The notes under the pieces are model-generated. The model did not search any database. It was given only the letters and a program-made list of their open reading frames with translations, and was not told the DNA's origin. From the NCBI GenBank assembly GCA_043228905.1, contig JBHGNT010000004.1, positions 19,096,001-19,160,000 of the forward strand: a stretch of DNA of 64,000 nucleotides, read 5' to 3'. Both the position numbers and the translations under genes were made by a program. This DNA is from Azolla caroliniana (taxonomy: Eukaryota > Plantae > Polypodiophyta). Shown piece by piece: positions 1 to 14,329 of the stretch (position 1 is the stretch's first letter; each line of letters opens with the position of its first letter).

Positions 1-1446
1 GGTGTTAGACCAGTTGCAGAGTCACCCTTGATAAAACCTCAGATAACAGGTTCGAAACCACCTAGTGCCATACCAGTAGTGGAAAATTCTCCAATACCAA
101 AAACCGATCCAGTACTGAAGACTGCTCAAGTCCCCAAAAGCTCTCAAGTATCAAAAACCCATTTGGATGTTAAAGAAGATGTTGAAGAAAATGCTGGTTC
201 CCATGATATAAGCAATGAAAAGGTGGTTAAATCGAGGCAGATTGATGAGGAGCCTCCTGTTGATCTTGAAGCTCAGGCTCTCAAGCTTAAGGAGACCCTT
301 AGGCAGGAGCAAATAGCGAAAGCTAAGGAGGCGGAAGAGAGAAAGAAGAAACGAGCCGAAAAATTGGAACAGAAAGCTCAGATTCGAGCCAAGAAGGAAG
401 CAGAGCGCAAGGAAAAGGTGAGATATTTAAATCTCCATGACATTTTGGTTCACTATTTTGAAAATTTAATGAAAAATTGTTATTTTTTGGGGGGGAAGAA
501 GGGAGCAATGGATAAAGTGAGATATCAAAGTTCAATCAAAATTTACATTGAAACATTGAAAATTGAGTGATATTTTGTTTGAAAGATTGACATCCCAGTG
601 CTCGTTATGAAAGACTATATGTGTAGGCTATGAAAAAGAAAATGGATAAAATATTCGACTGCTACTTTTTACTTCGAAATCTGCTGCTTATGAATGTCCA
701 AGCACTTGAGAAATTTGGTAGCTTTAGAGAGTGCATAAACACGCCAAATTTTATGGAAACGTAAAAGCCAGTATGCAACTATCTCTTGATAGTTTTAAAC
801 ATAAATTGACAAAATTCTTCCCATCTGAAACTTGATAGATTTAGAGAATAAACATGCTAAATTTATGAAAACACAAGAACGTGTGAAGAATGTTTTTATA
901 GATCTTGGAATTTGACATAGATTATCTAGAAATCCTTAATAATACTTATGGAAAATAAATAAGTTTAGTAGTGTCGCAAAGAATAAACATGGAATATTCA
1001 TAGAACATGAAAACAAGTGCATTTTCATACATTTAAAGAAGTTATACATAATCTAATGAAGACATGAATCTTATGATTTGAGTCTGTTTCCTTGTTAATG
1101 CTCTTTACAGAAAAAAGTTCAAAATGTAGCCAGAGCCACGGCAGTTAATGACTCGATTTCTCAAGATGAAGAAGATACATCTTCAGCTGCCGAGAAGCAA
1201 GCTATACCCAATTTAGATGAAAGTTTGAAGAAACCAGGAGTTGAGGTAGTTCATACATCTAATAGAGGACAAAAAGGAAGCGTACTTGGTCGTAGGAAAA
1301 TACCATCAAGAGAGGTCAAAGGGCCTAGACCCAGTTTTCCACCCAGAGCGAATAAAAAGTCGGCATTTCCTATTCATCTTTGGGCATATATTGCGGTTGC
1401 TGTTGTGGCTTTCCTCCTTGCCATCTTCCTCTTTTTGAGAATATAG
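1..1446 (+). CDS. 3' part of a proton pump-interactor-like gene; exons <1-417 and 1111-1446
   Basis: Coiled-coil segment LKETLRQEQIAKAKEAEERKKKRAEK...RAKKEAERKEK resembles plant PPI1/BIP proteins. GT donor at 418 and TTTACAG acceptor ending at 1110 join in phase 0. The last exon ends in a tail-anchor TM (LWAYIAVAVVAFLLAIFLFL) and TAG at 1444-1446. Confidence 0.75.
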
Positions 1447-1885
1447 CTGGGCCCAGATGATTGTTGGCTTTAGTGGTGGTTCTGGCCCTTTCTGTGGTAA
1501 GTCACAATACGTCATGAGTTTGGCTATTTGATGACAACACAAGTCCTATTGGTAGTTGAATTGAGTTTTATTTTATTTTTTTAACTGGATTGCCTATCCT
1601 AGTCTCTTTTTGTGTATTGAGTTGTCAATGACATTAGTTTATTCTTTTGATATGTTACTACTGAAAAATGGTGTAGATGGTGGGAACGGAGTGAGTGACT
1701 CAATTTTACGTCCACTCCAGAGATGATCATGAGAAACATATGAGGAGCGTTTTTTCTCCATACATTAACATAATTTTGATAGCTAAGGTGTCCGTGTATT
1801 ATTATTTTAGTGCTATTGTCATTGTCTTCTTACTCAATGTATATATTGTGGAGTGTCATATTTAATGGTTGTGTCGAGCATGAAT

Positions 1886-2345
1886 TAGTAATTGGCAATG
1901 GCTCTTTGTGGGAGACTGGAGTCTCAATCTCAACTTGTTTCAAACCAAACTGTTCACAATTTTTGAAACACAAACCAAATCAAACCTAGCCGGAAAACCT
2001 TCAAACAAACAGTTTGAGGTAGATAGTTCAAGAGCTTGGCAAATAATTTAGTTATTAAGTTGTGGTATCAGCTCAAACTGGTTTGTTGACTATTGTACAC
2101 CCAGTTCTCAAATTGTATTAATATTTTGCATAATTTATAAAGTTAATTGCATGTTCAGTAAATATTTCCAACATGTTCTCTTAAGCCAATATATTGGTAA
2201 GTAGATACAGGCCGAAATAGAATGCCTAATGCCAAACTGAATAATTTACAAATTTATTAACTTCAATTGATCTAAACTGAATCAATTAAGCTGTTTACTT
2301 GTTTCATGGGTTGGTTCAACTTCTCGAACCATTTCCTGATTACTA
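1886..2345. mobile_element. Degenerate hAT-type MITE relic
   Basis: Starts TAGTAATTGGCAATGG and ends CCATTTCCTGATTACTA (imperfect inverted ends), with AAACC/GGTTT subterminal motifs like the MITEs at 19843 and 30988. No TSD recognisable. Confidence 0.35.
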
Positions 2346-4787
2346 ATGAGAAGCTGAATTAGTCGAGACAATGAATTTTGTTATCATTACTAAATTTGCA
2401 CAAGTTAAAGTATTCAAGCATGCATTGAACCTAGATTGTTTTTGAATTATGAGCTGTAAAAGCATGATGATATGATGCTAACCATGACCAAGTAATAAGC
2501 TCTAGGGTGTTTAGTTTTTTGTCTGATTTAGATATTGATATTACTACAAATAAAACAAAACATAAGAGATTTCTTTGATACACATGGTTATTGCCTGTTT
2601 TTGAAGTGCAATTAGTGAATCTCTCTACGCTCTAATTCAATGACTCTTGCAAATAAAGAAAAATTAAATGGAAAGTTTTTTTTTTTAAAAGAAAAAGAGA
2701 AAATTTAATAGGTCCAAAATACTTTTGTGAAGTTGCTAAATGGCGTGACAAAGAAAGCTGTTTTATAGGTATAATGTTTTTGGGAAAGGATTTTGGTAAT
2801 TTTATAAGAACATGGAAACCTTAACGTGAATGTGGACAATGGATATTTAAAGCACAAGGTATTTTATAGATAAAATGCTTTTTGGAGAGGAAAAATTTGT
2901 AAGAACATGGAGCAAAACCATGATTGCTATTAGTGAATACTTTTAGAACTTATTGGGATGTGGATTTCAGTATAACACTCAAAAGAGTTTATGATGAAAT
3001 CTCATTGATCCTTATGAAGATACCCATCAATTCACAATAGTTGTATGGCTAGTAATCCTTGTAATGTATCCTCATTTGTAACGAGGTTAAGAGGTCAATT
3101 TGTAGTTGTGCAAACCTAGAGAACCATAGGGTAGTGAAGGTTAAATGTATCAGGCTAGAAAATGTACACTTGACGGCGTATGTGGCATGTGCCATACTAT
3201 ACAAGGAAACATGTGGACTTCAACATGTTCATGGTCTCTCATTAAAAGGAAAAACTTTCTAGTACAAGATCGTGGTATTTCGTGGACGTTCAAGTTGGCA
3301 AGTATCTCCAAACCATCCACAAACACAAACGTGTTATAGAAAAAGTGGGATGATGCAAAGTAATACATTTTATTTTCTTATATTGTTGTACTCACAATTT
3401 TCTAGAAAATGCATAGAAGCCTAAAATCATGAGAAAAGCATTTAAAATGATGATATGTAGGAACTAAACAAATGTGGTTTAAGCCAATATTGTAGCTAAG
3501 TGATATTGCATGGGATAGAATGGAAGTATTTTTGAATGCAATGGTATGTGAAATACCGACAACTCTCTCAGCTCGATTATGACCGTCTAATCTTAAATCA
3601 TCCTTCCAAACTTATTATATTACCCAAAATTTAAGCAGAATCTTGCAAAAGACTTATAATAACCTAATATTACTGACATTTTTACATTTAAGAGATGGAG
3701 GCATTGAATGTGACCATAAATAGAGGGACAAGATCATGAATAGACAGATAGTGGTGATAACTTCTGTGCCAACCATATTGTTTTATAGATGAGACCCAAA
3801 ATGTTGGAGTATGGGCCTTGTGCACAACATAATAGGTGCTAATGTTATGTCTCTTCCATTTTGTTAATTGGCTTCGTATCATAGCCACATGCACCACCAT
3901 CATCATCACCATTAGTATTGCATGTATGTATATGCTCTCTTCACCTTTTGATCTACTATATGTTCTACCGAGCCGCATCCTATATTTCCATTTCTTTTCA
4001 TCTTTCTAGAGAAGTTGTATTTTGATTTACGAGAGCAACATAGAGATGATTAAAAATGTGCACATATGTTGGTGTGTCACTTGCATTATAGGTGGTGGGT
4101 ACATAAATGAGTCTTCTCATAAAGCAATGGTCGAATCTCATAGAGTTCACAAATAAATTCATGTAACCACTAGGCTTCCCATGAAGCTGAAGGGTGAGAG
4201 AACATCAACAATTAAGAAAACTATGTGCATGAAGAGTCCATGAAATCCTTAGATTCTTTATCGAAAGAAAGCATGTGGTCAATGTCATAAGTGTTGGAGT
4301 GTGCTAAAGTGTGAATGGGGAGATACAAAGAAGAAGATATACGGACAAACACGTACACTCTTATCCTCTTCCTAGTGTCCAAAAGGAAATGATATTAAAG
4401 AAACATTTTACTTTTAACTATGATGATGTACATCCCTATTTTTGTTTTGGATAAAGTCTCGGAATGCTACTTAACTATGTTGTAGTTCCCGAAATGGCCC
4501 TTGATTTTAAGACATGCCTCAAATCTTGAGTACTCATAGATCAATGCCAAAAACTATTGTCCCACAACTAGAGCCAAATGGATCCGAACCTCTATTCTAT
4601 CTTTTCGTAGCAACTATTACAAAACTTTCAAGTTTGTTAAACTTCAAAATGTATGATAAATCAATCGTGTAGTTTCCTTTCCTTCTTTAGAGACCTTTCA
4701 TGAATGAATGTTAAAAAGTTGTTTCTTAATTGGTAAGAAAACTAAAGACCTTGGGGGTCTAAATTCTATTGTGTAGAGACAATCATC

Positions 4788-6914
4788 TTAGCAACAACTA
4801 CATTTCCTAGAGCCCTTAGAGAGAGCACCCATGACTTGTTGCTCATTCATGTTGGGCTTTGAACCTCTCGTGCTTGCAAGGATGTTATGGCATAGCATAC
4901 CTTGAACAAGGGCTACATTTGATTGATAAACATCCATATGAAGCTCATGAAGTAGCATCATCATCTTCGAGATCGAATAATTCTCGCTAGAGCACTCTAC
5001 TCTTACCATGGCATGCTCTCCGAAGAGGAACTGAACATTGATAGCCATCTTCCCATGAGGACAAACACGAGAGGACGGACTCTCGGTCGAATGCGGCAAT
5101 AATGCGTTCACATGTGAACCCCCCGGACCTATACTACCTTCATGGAACTCTGGGACTCTCGTATCAGGCTCGGGCTCGGGCGCTCCACTCGCCAGTTGGG
5201 TTAGTAGGACCTTGTTTTCTAGCTCGAGCCGATCGACTTGTGCTTTAAGGTCCTCGATGCAAGCGGTCGCATCCCCTAGTAGGGACGCCTTGTCCATCCT
5301 CGACACGTTGGGCACGACGGCGCGCAACGCATAGAACCTCTGGTTCATCTTGTCTCGCCGTTGCCTTTCGGCTTCCACGTGGTTCAAGGGGGCATCTCGG
5401 CCGTTGGCCGGTTTCCTACCTCTCCTCCGGCCACCGGGCAACTTGACTAGGACCTGGTCCACGGCGACCGACTGGCTGCTACTCTCGGGGCCAGGGTTCC
5501 TCGACAACGACACTTCGGCATCGGAATTGTGCTCCGATTCGACCCCCGAAGGGACTGGAACCGGTCGAGCCATCCTGGTCCCGGTCCCCACCACCATCGT
5601 GCCGCTACATTCCTCTGGCCGATCCTCGATGATGATAGTGCTGGTGGTGGTCATGGCATTGGCCTTCTTCTCTTCTACCACATCATCCTCATGGAGCTCC
5701 TCCCAGGATCTGCCATGTTTGCCCCGGGTTTCCCCCGGACATACCTTCTTCGAGGGAGTAGGGTTGTGAAGGAATGGGAGATTGTCAACGATCATCTTCG
5801 GCATGGGATGGTCGACATTATCGCCGGTGAAGCCCGGGATGCGGTCGGTCATTCGGCCGAAAAGCCGAGAGACTAGGTTCAAAACCAAAGGATCCTCGGG
5901 GATGAGATCGGTCGATCCGAGCTCCACAACCCCTCTTGGTGTGGGGACACACACGAGTGTTCGGATCCCGAACCTCCCCGCAAACTCGACTCTCGGGCAG
6001 CAGGAGCCGCTCCGTCCGGACACAGACGCGGACGCGGACATGGACTCGGAATGGGCCGGCCCATCTTGGACCCACATGTGGCGAGAATCGGAGAATGCGC
6101 GGCTCGGGGTTGTCGAATTGCTCCCGATCGGGAAAGAGCAAGTCATCGACACGAGGAAGAACCACTCGGTGTCGGTGACCTCGCTGTCCGCCAATGCTGG
6201 GGGATCGGCACAGCCACCATTGTCATCTGGGCACACAACAAGCGCTTGGAGCTCTCTCAAGATCCTCCTCCGCACGCTTTGTTGATCTCCCTCCTCCTCC
6301 GAGACCAATCTCCCACCGCCTCCTCCTCGATCATTAGGAGTGGGTTCCGATGCGGAATTAGTGGCATCACTATTACTTCGATTATCGCCACTAGCTTTGT
6401 GAATAGTAGTAGTACTAAGCTTGTTGGGATTGAAGTAGCCATCACCCCATCCTAGCACTGCTTCATTCTTAGATGAGTTTGTTAGTTGCCAAAATATAGC
6501 ATAGGTCCAATGTGGGATGCCAAATCTAGAGCCATGGGGTGTCCCTTCAACAAGGGTTTGAAGAACATGATTATCTATACTGTTGTGATTCATGTTGGTA
6601 GGAGGAGGAGGAAGAGGAGGAAGAGATGGAGGAGGAGGTTCATGGTTACTTTGAGCTTGAGATCCTACATGAGGATGTATGATGGATTTACTAACATTAC
6701 TAGGCCCAGAATTAGGGTTACTGTTAGGCATCTCATCTTTCAATGGTTCATTAGAGGAAAAGGTTATGGAGAATGCCTCAAGGATTGCGGCATCATCGAC
6801 GACGACGACACCGGCTGTGGAGTTGGAGTTGGACCATGGATCTCCACTCATCAAGTAGCTCTCAATTACATCCATGTCTCTTGACATATCTAGCTGCATC
6901 AAACAATCTATCAA
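4788..6914 (-). CDS. MYC2-like (clade IIId/e) bHLH transcription factor, intronless, up to 708 aa
   Basis: bHLH-MYC N-terminal domain (WTYAIFWQ...[38 protein letters not shown]). bHLH motif [54 protein letters not shown], followed by an ACT-like C-terminus. Exact start Met uncertain. Confidence 0.93.
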   Translation of the reverse strand: MIDCLMQLDMSRDMDVIESYLMSGDPWSNSNSTAGVVVVDDAAILEAFSITFSSNEPLKDEMPNSNPNSGPSNVSKSIIHPHVGSQAQSNHEPPPPSLPPLPPPPTNMNHNSIDNHVLQTLVEGTPHGSRFGIPHWTYAIFWQLTNSSKNEAVLGWGDGYFNPNKLSTTTIHKASGDNRSNSDATNSASEPTPNDRGGGGGRLVSEEEGDQQSVRRRILRELQALVVCPDDNGGCADPPALADSEVTDTEWFFLVSMTCSFPIGSNSTTPSRAFSDSRHMWVQDGPAHSESMSASASVSGRSGSCCPRVEFAGRFGIRTLVCVPTPRGVVELGSTDLIPEDPLVLNLVSRLFGRMTDRIPGFTGDNVDHPMPKMIVDNLPFLHNPTPSKKVCPGETRGKHGRSWEELHEDDVVEEKKANAMTTTSTIIIEDRPEECSGTMVVGTGTRMARPVPVPSGVESEHNSDAEVSLSRNPGPESSSQSVAVDQVLVKLPGGRRRGRKPANGRDAPLNHVEAERQRRDKMNQRFYALRAVVPNVSRMDKASLLGDATACIEDLKAQVDRLELENKVLLTQLASGAPEPEPDTRVPEFHEGSIGPGGSHVNALLPHSTESPSSRVCPHGKMAINVQFLFGEHAMVRVECSSENYSISKMMMLLHELHMDVYQSNVALVQGMLCHNILASTRGSKPNMNEQQVMGALSKGSRKCSCC

Positions 6915-7539
6915 TCAATCTATCTATCAGATGGTGTAGGGATGGATTGGACTATGAAAAGGCAAGGATAAAAGCTTCATCTGCATGTGTGTGTGGGGTA
7001 TGACCACAATAGGGGGGTTTGCATAGATCTGGATTCTGTATGTATATGACTAGGCTAAAGTGGTGATGATGTAGGCATTGATGCAGGGAAGAATATATCA
7101 GGCATGGTTCATCATCATGGATGACTCTTTACATCCTGAAGGCTGAGCTCATTCTCTCTCTCTCTCTCTCAATGATTTGAGAGCTAAAGGAGAAAGAGAA
7201 ACCAAAAGAAAGGTAATATAAGAGGAACAGAGATTATGTGGTGAGTTACATGAGAAGGTATGTGATGATGATGATAAGAGACATTGCAGATTTGCCATGT
7301 CACCATCATCTTTTGTTCATTTTGTTATCTCATGCTCAGGAGTCAGGACATCCGGTGCCCTAAAGTTCCCATCTACAAGAAGAAGAGTACACACACACAC
7401 ACACACACATATACATGTGACACCATCACCATCACCATGGCCCGACCCCGACACACGGGTTCGGCGCATCCTCCCCCCCACCACACGATCACGAAGGTGT
7501 CGAAGCCTTTTCACTTTAAAAAACATCCCGGCTTTGGTG

Positions 7540-7810
7540 TGAAACGTCTGCGGAATAACGTGTCACGATAATAAATAAATAAAAGGATCAGAAGGCTATA
7601 TACACATACATACATACATACATACATACATACATAAATGCACGTCCACATTCTTCTGAAACCTTTTCACGATGTTTGAGACTTTCCGAAACGCCCCATA
7701 ACTTGCTTTCCTTTCCTTTTCCTTCCCCCCTCCCGTCAACCTCCCAATCGAGGTGCGTGAAACTCCCATGTGAAATGATCCCTTCGCCACGTCGTCGTTC
7801 CCACGTTCCC
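7540..7810 (-). promoter_or_regulatory. Cluster of ACGT-core boxes (T/G-box AACGTG, ABRE-like ACGTGGC) upstream of the MYC2-like gene
   Basis: AACGTG at about 7557, GCCACGT at about 7786 and CACGTT at about 7802, 0.6-0.9 kb upstream of the ORF. These are short motifs and function is unproven. Confidence 0.3.
7605..7636. repeat. (CATA)8 microsatellite
   Basis: Directly visible. Confidence 0.95.
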
Positions 7811-8989
7811 ATTCTCTTTCTACCTTTTCGTTGAGCTTCGCTAAGAGGAGCAAAATACATATGGAGTAGGGCCAATGACCTGGACCATGATCGCAAACAA
7901 ACAAACAAATATTTTGTTGAATGTGTTGAAACTTCTACATCGATGGTCTACATGGGTGCCATCAACAAGAACGCATGCGTTTTTTGGAGCCTTTGTGGTT
8001 GTAACCTCTAGCCTTATAATGTGGTTGCAATTTCGTAAGATTGGATGCATGTCTCCATCAGAGGTTAAGGCACTTGAGGGGAGTCACAACCCTAAAGTTT
8101 AAACCCTACTTACTCTCTTTAATTGTCAAAAGATCAATTCTATCCCTAGTCAAAGAGGTAATGCAAATAATATAGTATTATGTGACCATCTGGTCGACCA
8201 AATATTTTTTAAAATTGTCTTGGGCTACTAATCCCGGGTCAAATTCCTACTTTCACACACCTTTGTTAAAACCATACATCACATCAATGCATCAAACTCA
8301 TCCTCTCTCTCCAAGCTAAGATCAAAAGGTCGTGTCTCTCTTTATCTTTCTCATACACAGATGCGCGCACGCGTGCATGCACACACATTTAATCAATATG
8401 ACATCATGTTTTCTATAAATTGAGACCGGATGGTCATGCATTAAGCCTCTATGTTACATTATGCGGGGTTTTTTACATTACATTACCTTTTACGACAAAA
8501 AAGTAAGTGTGGAGTACTCTTGATAATGCCCCTAATGTGAGGGATTTTTTACAGCTTCCAAGCATGTAAACAAATATATCTTGATTGTAGAAAAGTGAAT
8601 TTCTCCCTTGACCATATATTTATATATTGTGAAGGCGCTAGGAAGGATTTGATAAATGTCTCGTCTTTCATGGTCATGTGAATTGGGGGATCTTAGTGAA
8701 ATGCCACCAAATTGCATTAACTCTCACTAATGAATGTGTCACATCTTCCTACGACTTCAGAACAATCAATAATTTGTTATTTAATATCTTCAACATGCAC
8801 ATTATACTCAAATGGTTGTTTAATCTAACTTAAGGGGACCTTTATCTTCATTGGAAATCAAGAAACACATCCTCTACATTCAGGTCCTCCTTCCATTTCA
8901 ATCTTGTGATAACAACACATTTGCCTTCAACACATGTTGCTTTCAAAGAGATAGGGCGGAACAGCTAAACCCACATGGTCATGGATTTA

Positions 8990-9572
8990 GAGTGTAGGGT
9001 GGCAATGTATTCCAATGTGTTGGAGTGAAACCTGGCACAAACTTTGGTTTTTTTGAGGAGATATGGATGTTGGTGGCATGTTTCTCGGTTTGGCACATTT
9101 GGACTAGGCGATGTATGTTTGTTTTTCAGCAACGAAAGCTCCCAAGCGGTGAGGTGTTGCTAAACATTTGGTTCGAGCTGGTATCTTGGCTACGCGGATG
9201 ATAGGACTCAATTGAAGGGAACTCGGATGAAGTAGAAAGGGCTTGGTCAAAGTTTCTGCTGAAATGGGGTGGTTCTCCTATGATGGTAAAATCATCGTCT
9301 GGGCCTAAATGGAACTACCAAGCATCGAGATGGTTGTTTCCACCAATGGCTTCCATTAGTGGACAGGAGATGTAAATATGTATAGCTATGGTACAAGTAA
9401 GTTACCATGTAAAAAGAGTCAGTGGGATACTTTTGTTGTAAATGACGGGGTGGGGATTATGATTAGTTTTGTGTGGAGAAGTGTGAGTTTTGTTGAGTAT
9501 GGTTGAACTTTGATGTACTTCGTTTGCTAACTAATGGGAAGTAGTGCTTTTTCAGAAAAAAGAAAAGAAAAG
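8990..9572 (+). mobile_element. Degraded 3' end of an L1-like LINE
   Basis: Remnant WHIWTRRCMFVFQQ resembles the W-x-IW-x-x-RN motif of L1 ORF2 C-termini. Ends in CTAACTAATGGGAAGTAG plus an A-rich tail; the same tail recurs at about 10731-10768. Confidence 0.4.
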
Positions 9573-12500
9573 ATGTATTGTCTCTTATGAATAAAATTGA
9601 ATTGCAATTGGCATAAGTTCTCTATCCTCTTTTAATCTTGTATGATTGGATTTCCATCCTCTACATGCACTTTAACAATATGGGTGCTGCATAGGTGCTC
9701 TTATGGGGATTGAAGTTAGAAAAAGCTCGATTTTGTTTTCACGCCAGTTGTTTCAATTCTTTATTTTCCACATTTCCTTGTTATGTATGAAATTACGCCT
9801 TGGTGCCCTTGTTTCATGTGTTCCTTCACCACAACTTACTCTCTTTCCATTGTTATGTAAAGATGATGTTGATGTTGATAGAGTAAATATTACTAAAAGA
9901 AAATGTATTTATATAGAAAGAGTTAGGCCATAGTACTAGTATGTAAATAAAAAATGCATTGAAATGTATATAGTACATAACATTAAGAGCTTGGAAGATA
10001 GTGTATATAGATTTGACATGTGCACTATACCTAATAAACTAAGAGTGTTATCAATGGCATTATATCATGAGATTACAACATGACCCATTGCTAAGGAATA
10101 AAAATTGAGCATTGATCTTTTGTGTTATCGAGAAATATAATGTTTTGGAAGCATTGTAGACAAGCTACACGTTCTAACTGACTTCGTACATTATGGAATC
10201 ATAATATGAAATAGTGTTACTCGATGACCAATGGTATAAGGATGTATACATATATACTAAAACCAGGAAAACTTATCCCAAACTCCATACAGAATCCATA
10301 CTTGCATTCACAAATGTGTGTGTGCATGTTTGTACCTCTTCATTCACAAACACCCATAAAATCACGAGTAACCCTCTTCATGTACAATGGTTCTCTTGTC
10401 TTAAGGGCATTATTATAAAAAAAGCTACCTCCAGTAAATTTGAGATCATAAATCTTACCCATAGGACAATCTTTTATAGTTTAACAATAATCCCATAGTA
10501 CTCCTTATATTACAATTTACAGTTAATATAAAAAGTAATGTAATATGATGGCAATGACAACCATGATCTATGAAATCCTCTCTCTTCTTCGACTTCATCT
10601 TCAAACACGCTTCATCTTCAACATGCATGTTTGGTCCCTATCTATCTAACTATACGTCTCTAAAGTTCTACCTTTTAATGTATATTCCTATCAGAAAAAT
10701 TAATGTATAGTCTTTCTGTAAAAATCTCTCCTAACTAATGGGAAAGTAGCTCTTTTTTGGAAAAAAAGACTACAAATATTGAATTCTCTTTTTGTGAAAG
10801 AGTTGCAAGTTAAATCATTCTTATATTTGAACTTTTGCCACTAACAATTTAAATGAGAATATGTACCGTAGAAAATGAATAAGTGAGGATCACTCTATTT
10901 CAACATATTATGACATTACAAAAAACCTCCGTAGCTACATTGCGATTTTGTCTAGATTGAAGAATGTGTAATTATAGTCTTTCTAATTTTAGACTGGTTT
11001 ATGTTCCTATTTAAATTATATTTGTGTGACTACATGCCTAATTATGTCCCTACATAATTTGAGGAGACACACCTCTCACATATAGCATTAGGGAGAGCTC
11101 TAATAAGTTTCACCCTAATGTTTATAGTGATAATTCTATTCATCAAAACATAACGCTATTTCAAAGCGATCAACTCTTCACTTGCATGAGTCTATTCCAG
11201 TCTAAATGTTTATAGTAAAATAGCATTATTCAAAATATATCAAATATTCACCAACATGAACGTAGTCTAATTTACAAGAGGGATTGCCACACTTATTTAT
11301 TTGCAAACTAATGAATGTGGGTAATTTAGTGTGGTTCATTTTAATTAATTAGAACATGCAAATTAGTAAGGTTAACATCAAGTGTTTTGATACATTAAAT
11401 TGTGAGGAACAGATTGCCTAAGAAAGGTGATTTGTATTTTGGTTGGGGCGACAATTGGGTTACACAATTTTGATCTATTCAACTTCAGCCTAGGGAAGCT
11501 AAATCATGCATGGATGACGATGACCAATAACAAGAAACATGAATACCTATATATTTTATTTCTTCCACAACATTAGGTTTCACTAAGATATTGACAAATC
11601 CTATGAGTAGGAATCCCCTACAAATGGAGATTAGCATAAGTCCTAAATGTGGATTTCTTATGCTTTTTTATATGAAGTAATTACCATTTTGGACTGTGCC
11701 ATTGAAGTGAAGCGATCACTATCAATTGGGGGTTTGCATCCATCCATGTAATTTTGGTGGGTAATCAGTAAAAGTGATATCACCACATACAAAGATAAAG
11801 TATATTCACAAATGCACATACATCAAATTATAGCTAACATAAGAGACTTGGAATGGCATCTGATTCATCACAAGGCCTTAAAGACCTTCCAACCACAATT
11901 TACTATCAACATCCTTGGAATTAAAATTCGTAGATGACAAATGGATTCATAATCTTTGTGAAAGATATTAGTCAGAATACAAAGATAGACAATCACAAGT
12001 TATGAGTATGATATCCTCTTCTCTCTCATTGATGTGGAGGCTGATCATATCAATAGACTTCGCTAAACTGACATCGACATCACTTCTTGTACTAAAGCTG
12101 GAGTTTGTTGCAACAACTCCTTAAAGTTATTCTCAACCTCCTTCATCTGTCTCTGTAGATACTCTAACGATGCCTATAGATAACAAGTCCCAATATAAGC
12201 TTACAAGCAACTACTTCCAAAACATATGATCTTTACACTTCAAATATAAAACAAAGGAAACTATTAAAATATACCCGTAACAGTTGGACATCTACCAAAA
12301 TACCGTAACCCAGGGTTTCAAAAATCACCAGAATACCCTTAAATTTTCAAGTAGTTCACCAGACTACCCCAATATTGTAGTATAAAATGGAGAACATCGA
12401 CAAATACTTAAGAGCTACCAGAGTAAAATAAAGTGAGGAAACACCAAAGTACCAATATTATTCTAGTACAAAATTTGTAAAGGCAGAGATTTATAGTTTC

Positions 12501-12757
12501 AACTGATGCAAAGAAAAAAAAAAATGGACCTGTAAGGAGTTCAGTGTGGTTTCACACTCCTTGCTTCTTGTCTGATGTTCCTTGATGAGGTCTTCCTTGG
12601 GCTCTAGAATAAACCTACAGACACCTTACGGCAAAAAATCAACTCTTGAAGACCAAATGTAACCAGACAAACACAAAATGGAGAAGATATCAACGATCTG
12701 AACATGCAATATACTCACGCTCTTCCTGCATCAGAAACATACAATGTTACATCCACC

Positions 12758-12802
<45 letters not shown>

Positions 12803-12806
<4 letters not shown>

Positions 12807-12924
12807 GCATCAAATTCATAACATTGAGAGAACCCAGGTTCATTCCTTGCCATGGGTTAGGCCCCCTCTCATAGATCGCAATCAGTTTCCTATGGATATT
12901 AAAAAGATATCTCTCTCTACGGAC
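12803..12924 (+). mobile_element. Possible SINE-like relic with an RTE-LINE-type 3' tail
   Basis: B-box-like GGTTCATTCC at about 12837. Tail 12867-12924 is similar to the LINE 3' end at 14235-14293. Confidence 0.3.
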
Positions 12925-12999
12925 AAAAGTCTGTCGGTAAACATAAATAAAACAAAAGATGGTGTTTAACACCACTCACGCATTGTAACAAGATCAGAA

Positions 13000-14325
13000 C
13001 CAGAATTATTCTTGGGATAGGAAAAGGTTGCATGTACAGGATCCTACATGTATCTAGGAGTAGCATTCCAGAGCCACGGTTCTCCTTATGGTAGGCAGCT
13101 TATGCTTGACTTTTCATGGAAAGACAATGTGCACATTAACAGTTCCGAGAGCCATGAACTAAATTGTGGCTATTTGATACAATTGTGACACCAACTCTTC
13201 TCTATGGAGTAGAAACCTAGGGACCAAGTCTTAACAAGGAAAATAGATGGAAATGTTTAGAGAGACCTTCAGTCTCAATTATTAGTGCCTGCAAGATAAG
13301 GAGCAAAGTGTCAATGCCCCATAATATAATCTAGCCAGAGATGGGAGCAGCCCCAATAACCAGCAAGGCATTCTTCCTGTCAAATGATCAATATCCAATG
13401 GCTTTGGGAGCTACCCAATCAAAGGCATTCAAGGTTGGCACTATGTCATCAAAACAACTTGCTAAACATGGAGATATTCGTTGTTGGTATGATGAAATGC
13501 AACTACGGTTTGAGTCAGCATGGCATAGGCATAAATGCACTATATCCACTCCAATATAGCTTGGGTTGTCCCCATCCAACCATGACCAAAGTAGAAAAGA
13601 ATAGAGTGATTCAAACTGATATTATCAACTTCGAAAACAAAATAACATGTAACAGCCCCACAACATCTCTCAGTAGGAAGATGGCCCATTATCAGACACA
13701 CTTCTTACACACTAGAGGATGGATTCATCATCAGGCCCTCTTATATGGACATACATGTATCCTATGCACTACACAGAGTGATAGGACAACTAGGAACTTC
13801 TTCACATTAGTTGGAGAATTAAGTAGGCAGATATGCATAAACACCTCTAGGAATTTGCCAATTGTGTCATTGGGGTGTGAAAAGCACTATGTTCGTCATT
13901 GTACTTTGAAATAATAAGAGCGAGATTTGCAATATGGTTACTATCGATTGGGCAATATTTGTCGTTCATCACAATCTCACCGACCTTGTCAGACATAAAG
14001 GACATTATCTCCCACCACTATAGGTGTTTCCCTTGCTTCAGAGATCTCTCCATTCTGGATCAACATACGCTAGAGACCTTTTGAAGACAGACTTGAGAAT
14101 CTTACAGGCATAGATGATAAGATTATTTAGTCATGTCTTATTCTATTTCGATTTCCTTTTTACATAGTTACATTTATTTCAGTTTGTTGTTCCCAAAGAC
14201 GAGACAACATTTTAAGATGTAATCTCTTGCTTGGTCTCATAGATTGCAATCAGTCTCTTGTTGACGTTAAAAAGATATATATCTATCTACAGGCCATTTT
14301 GCTCTCTCTCTCTCTCTCTCTCTCT
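13000..14325 (+). mobile_element. Degenerate 3' portion of an RTE-like LINE
   Basis: Remnant EKHYVRHCT...IRARF (about 13878-13930) parallels the EDEYHFTCKCPTYAEIRAKY zinc-binding end of the LINE at 18.5-23.6 kb. Ends in a tail motif plus (CT)n. Left boundary approximate. Confidence 0.45.
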
Positions 14326-14329
14326 GGGT

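Noticed and set aside
418-570. C-terminal part of ORF 28-570
   Set aside because: Read-through into an AT-rich intron after the GT donor at 418.
5350-6884. Many overlapping antisense and alternate-frame ORFs over the MYC2-like gene
   Set aside because: Expected shadow ORFs of a GC-rich coding region, with no recognisable motifs.
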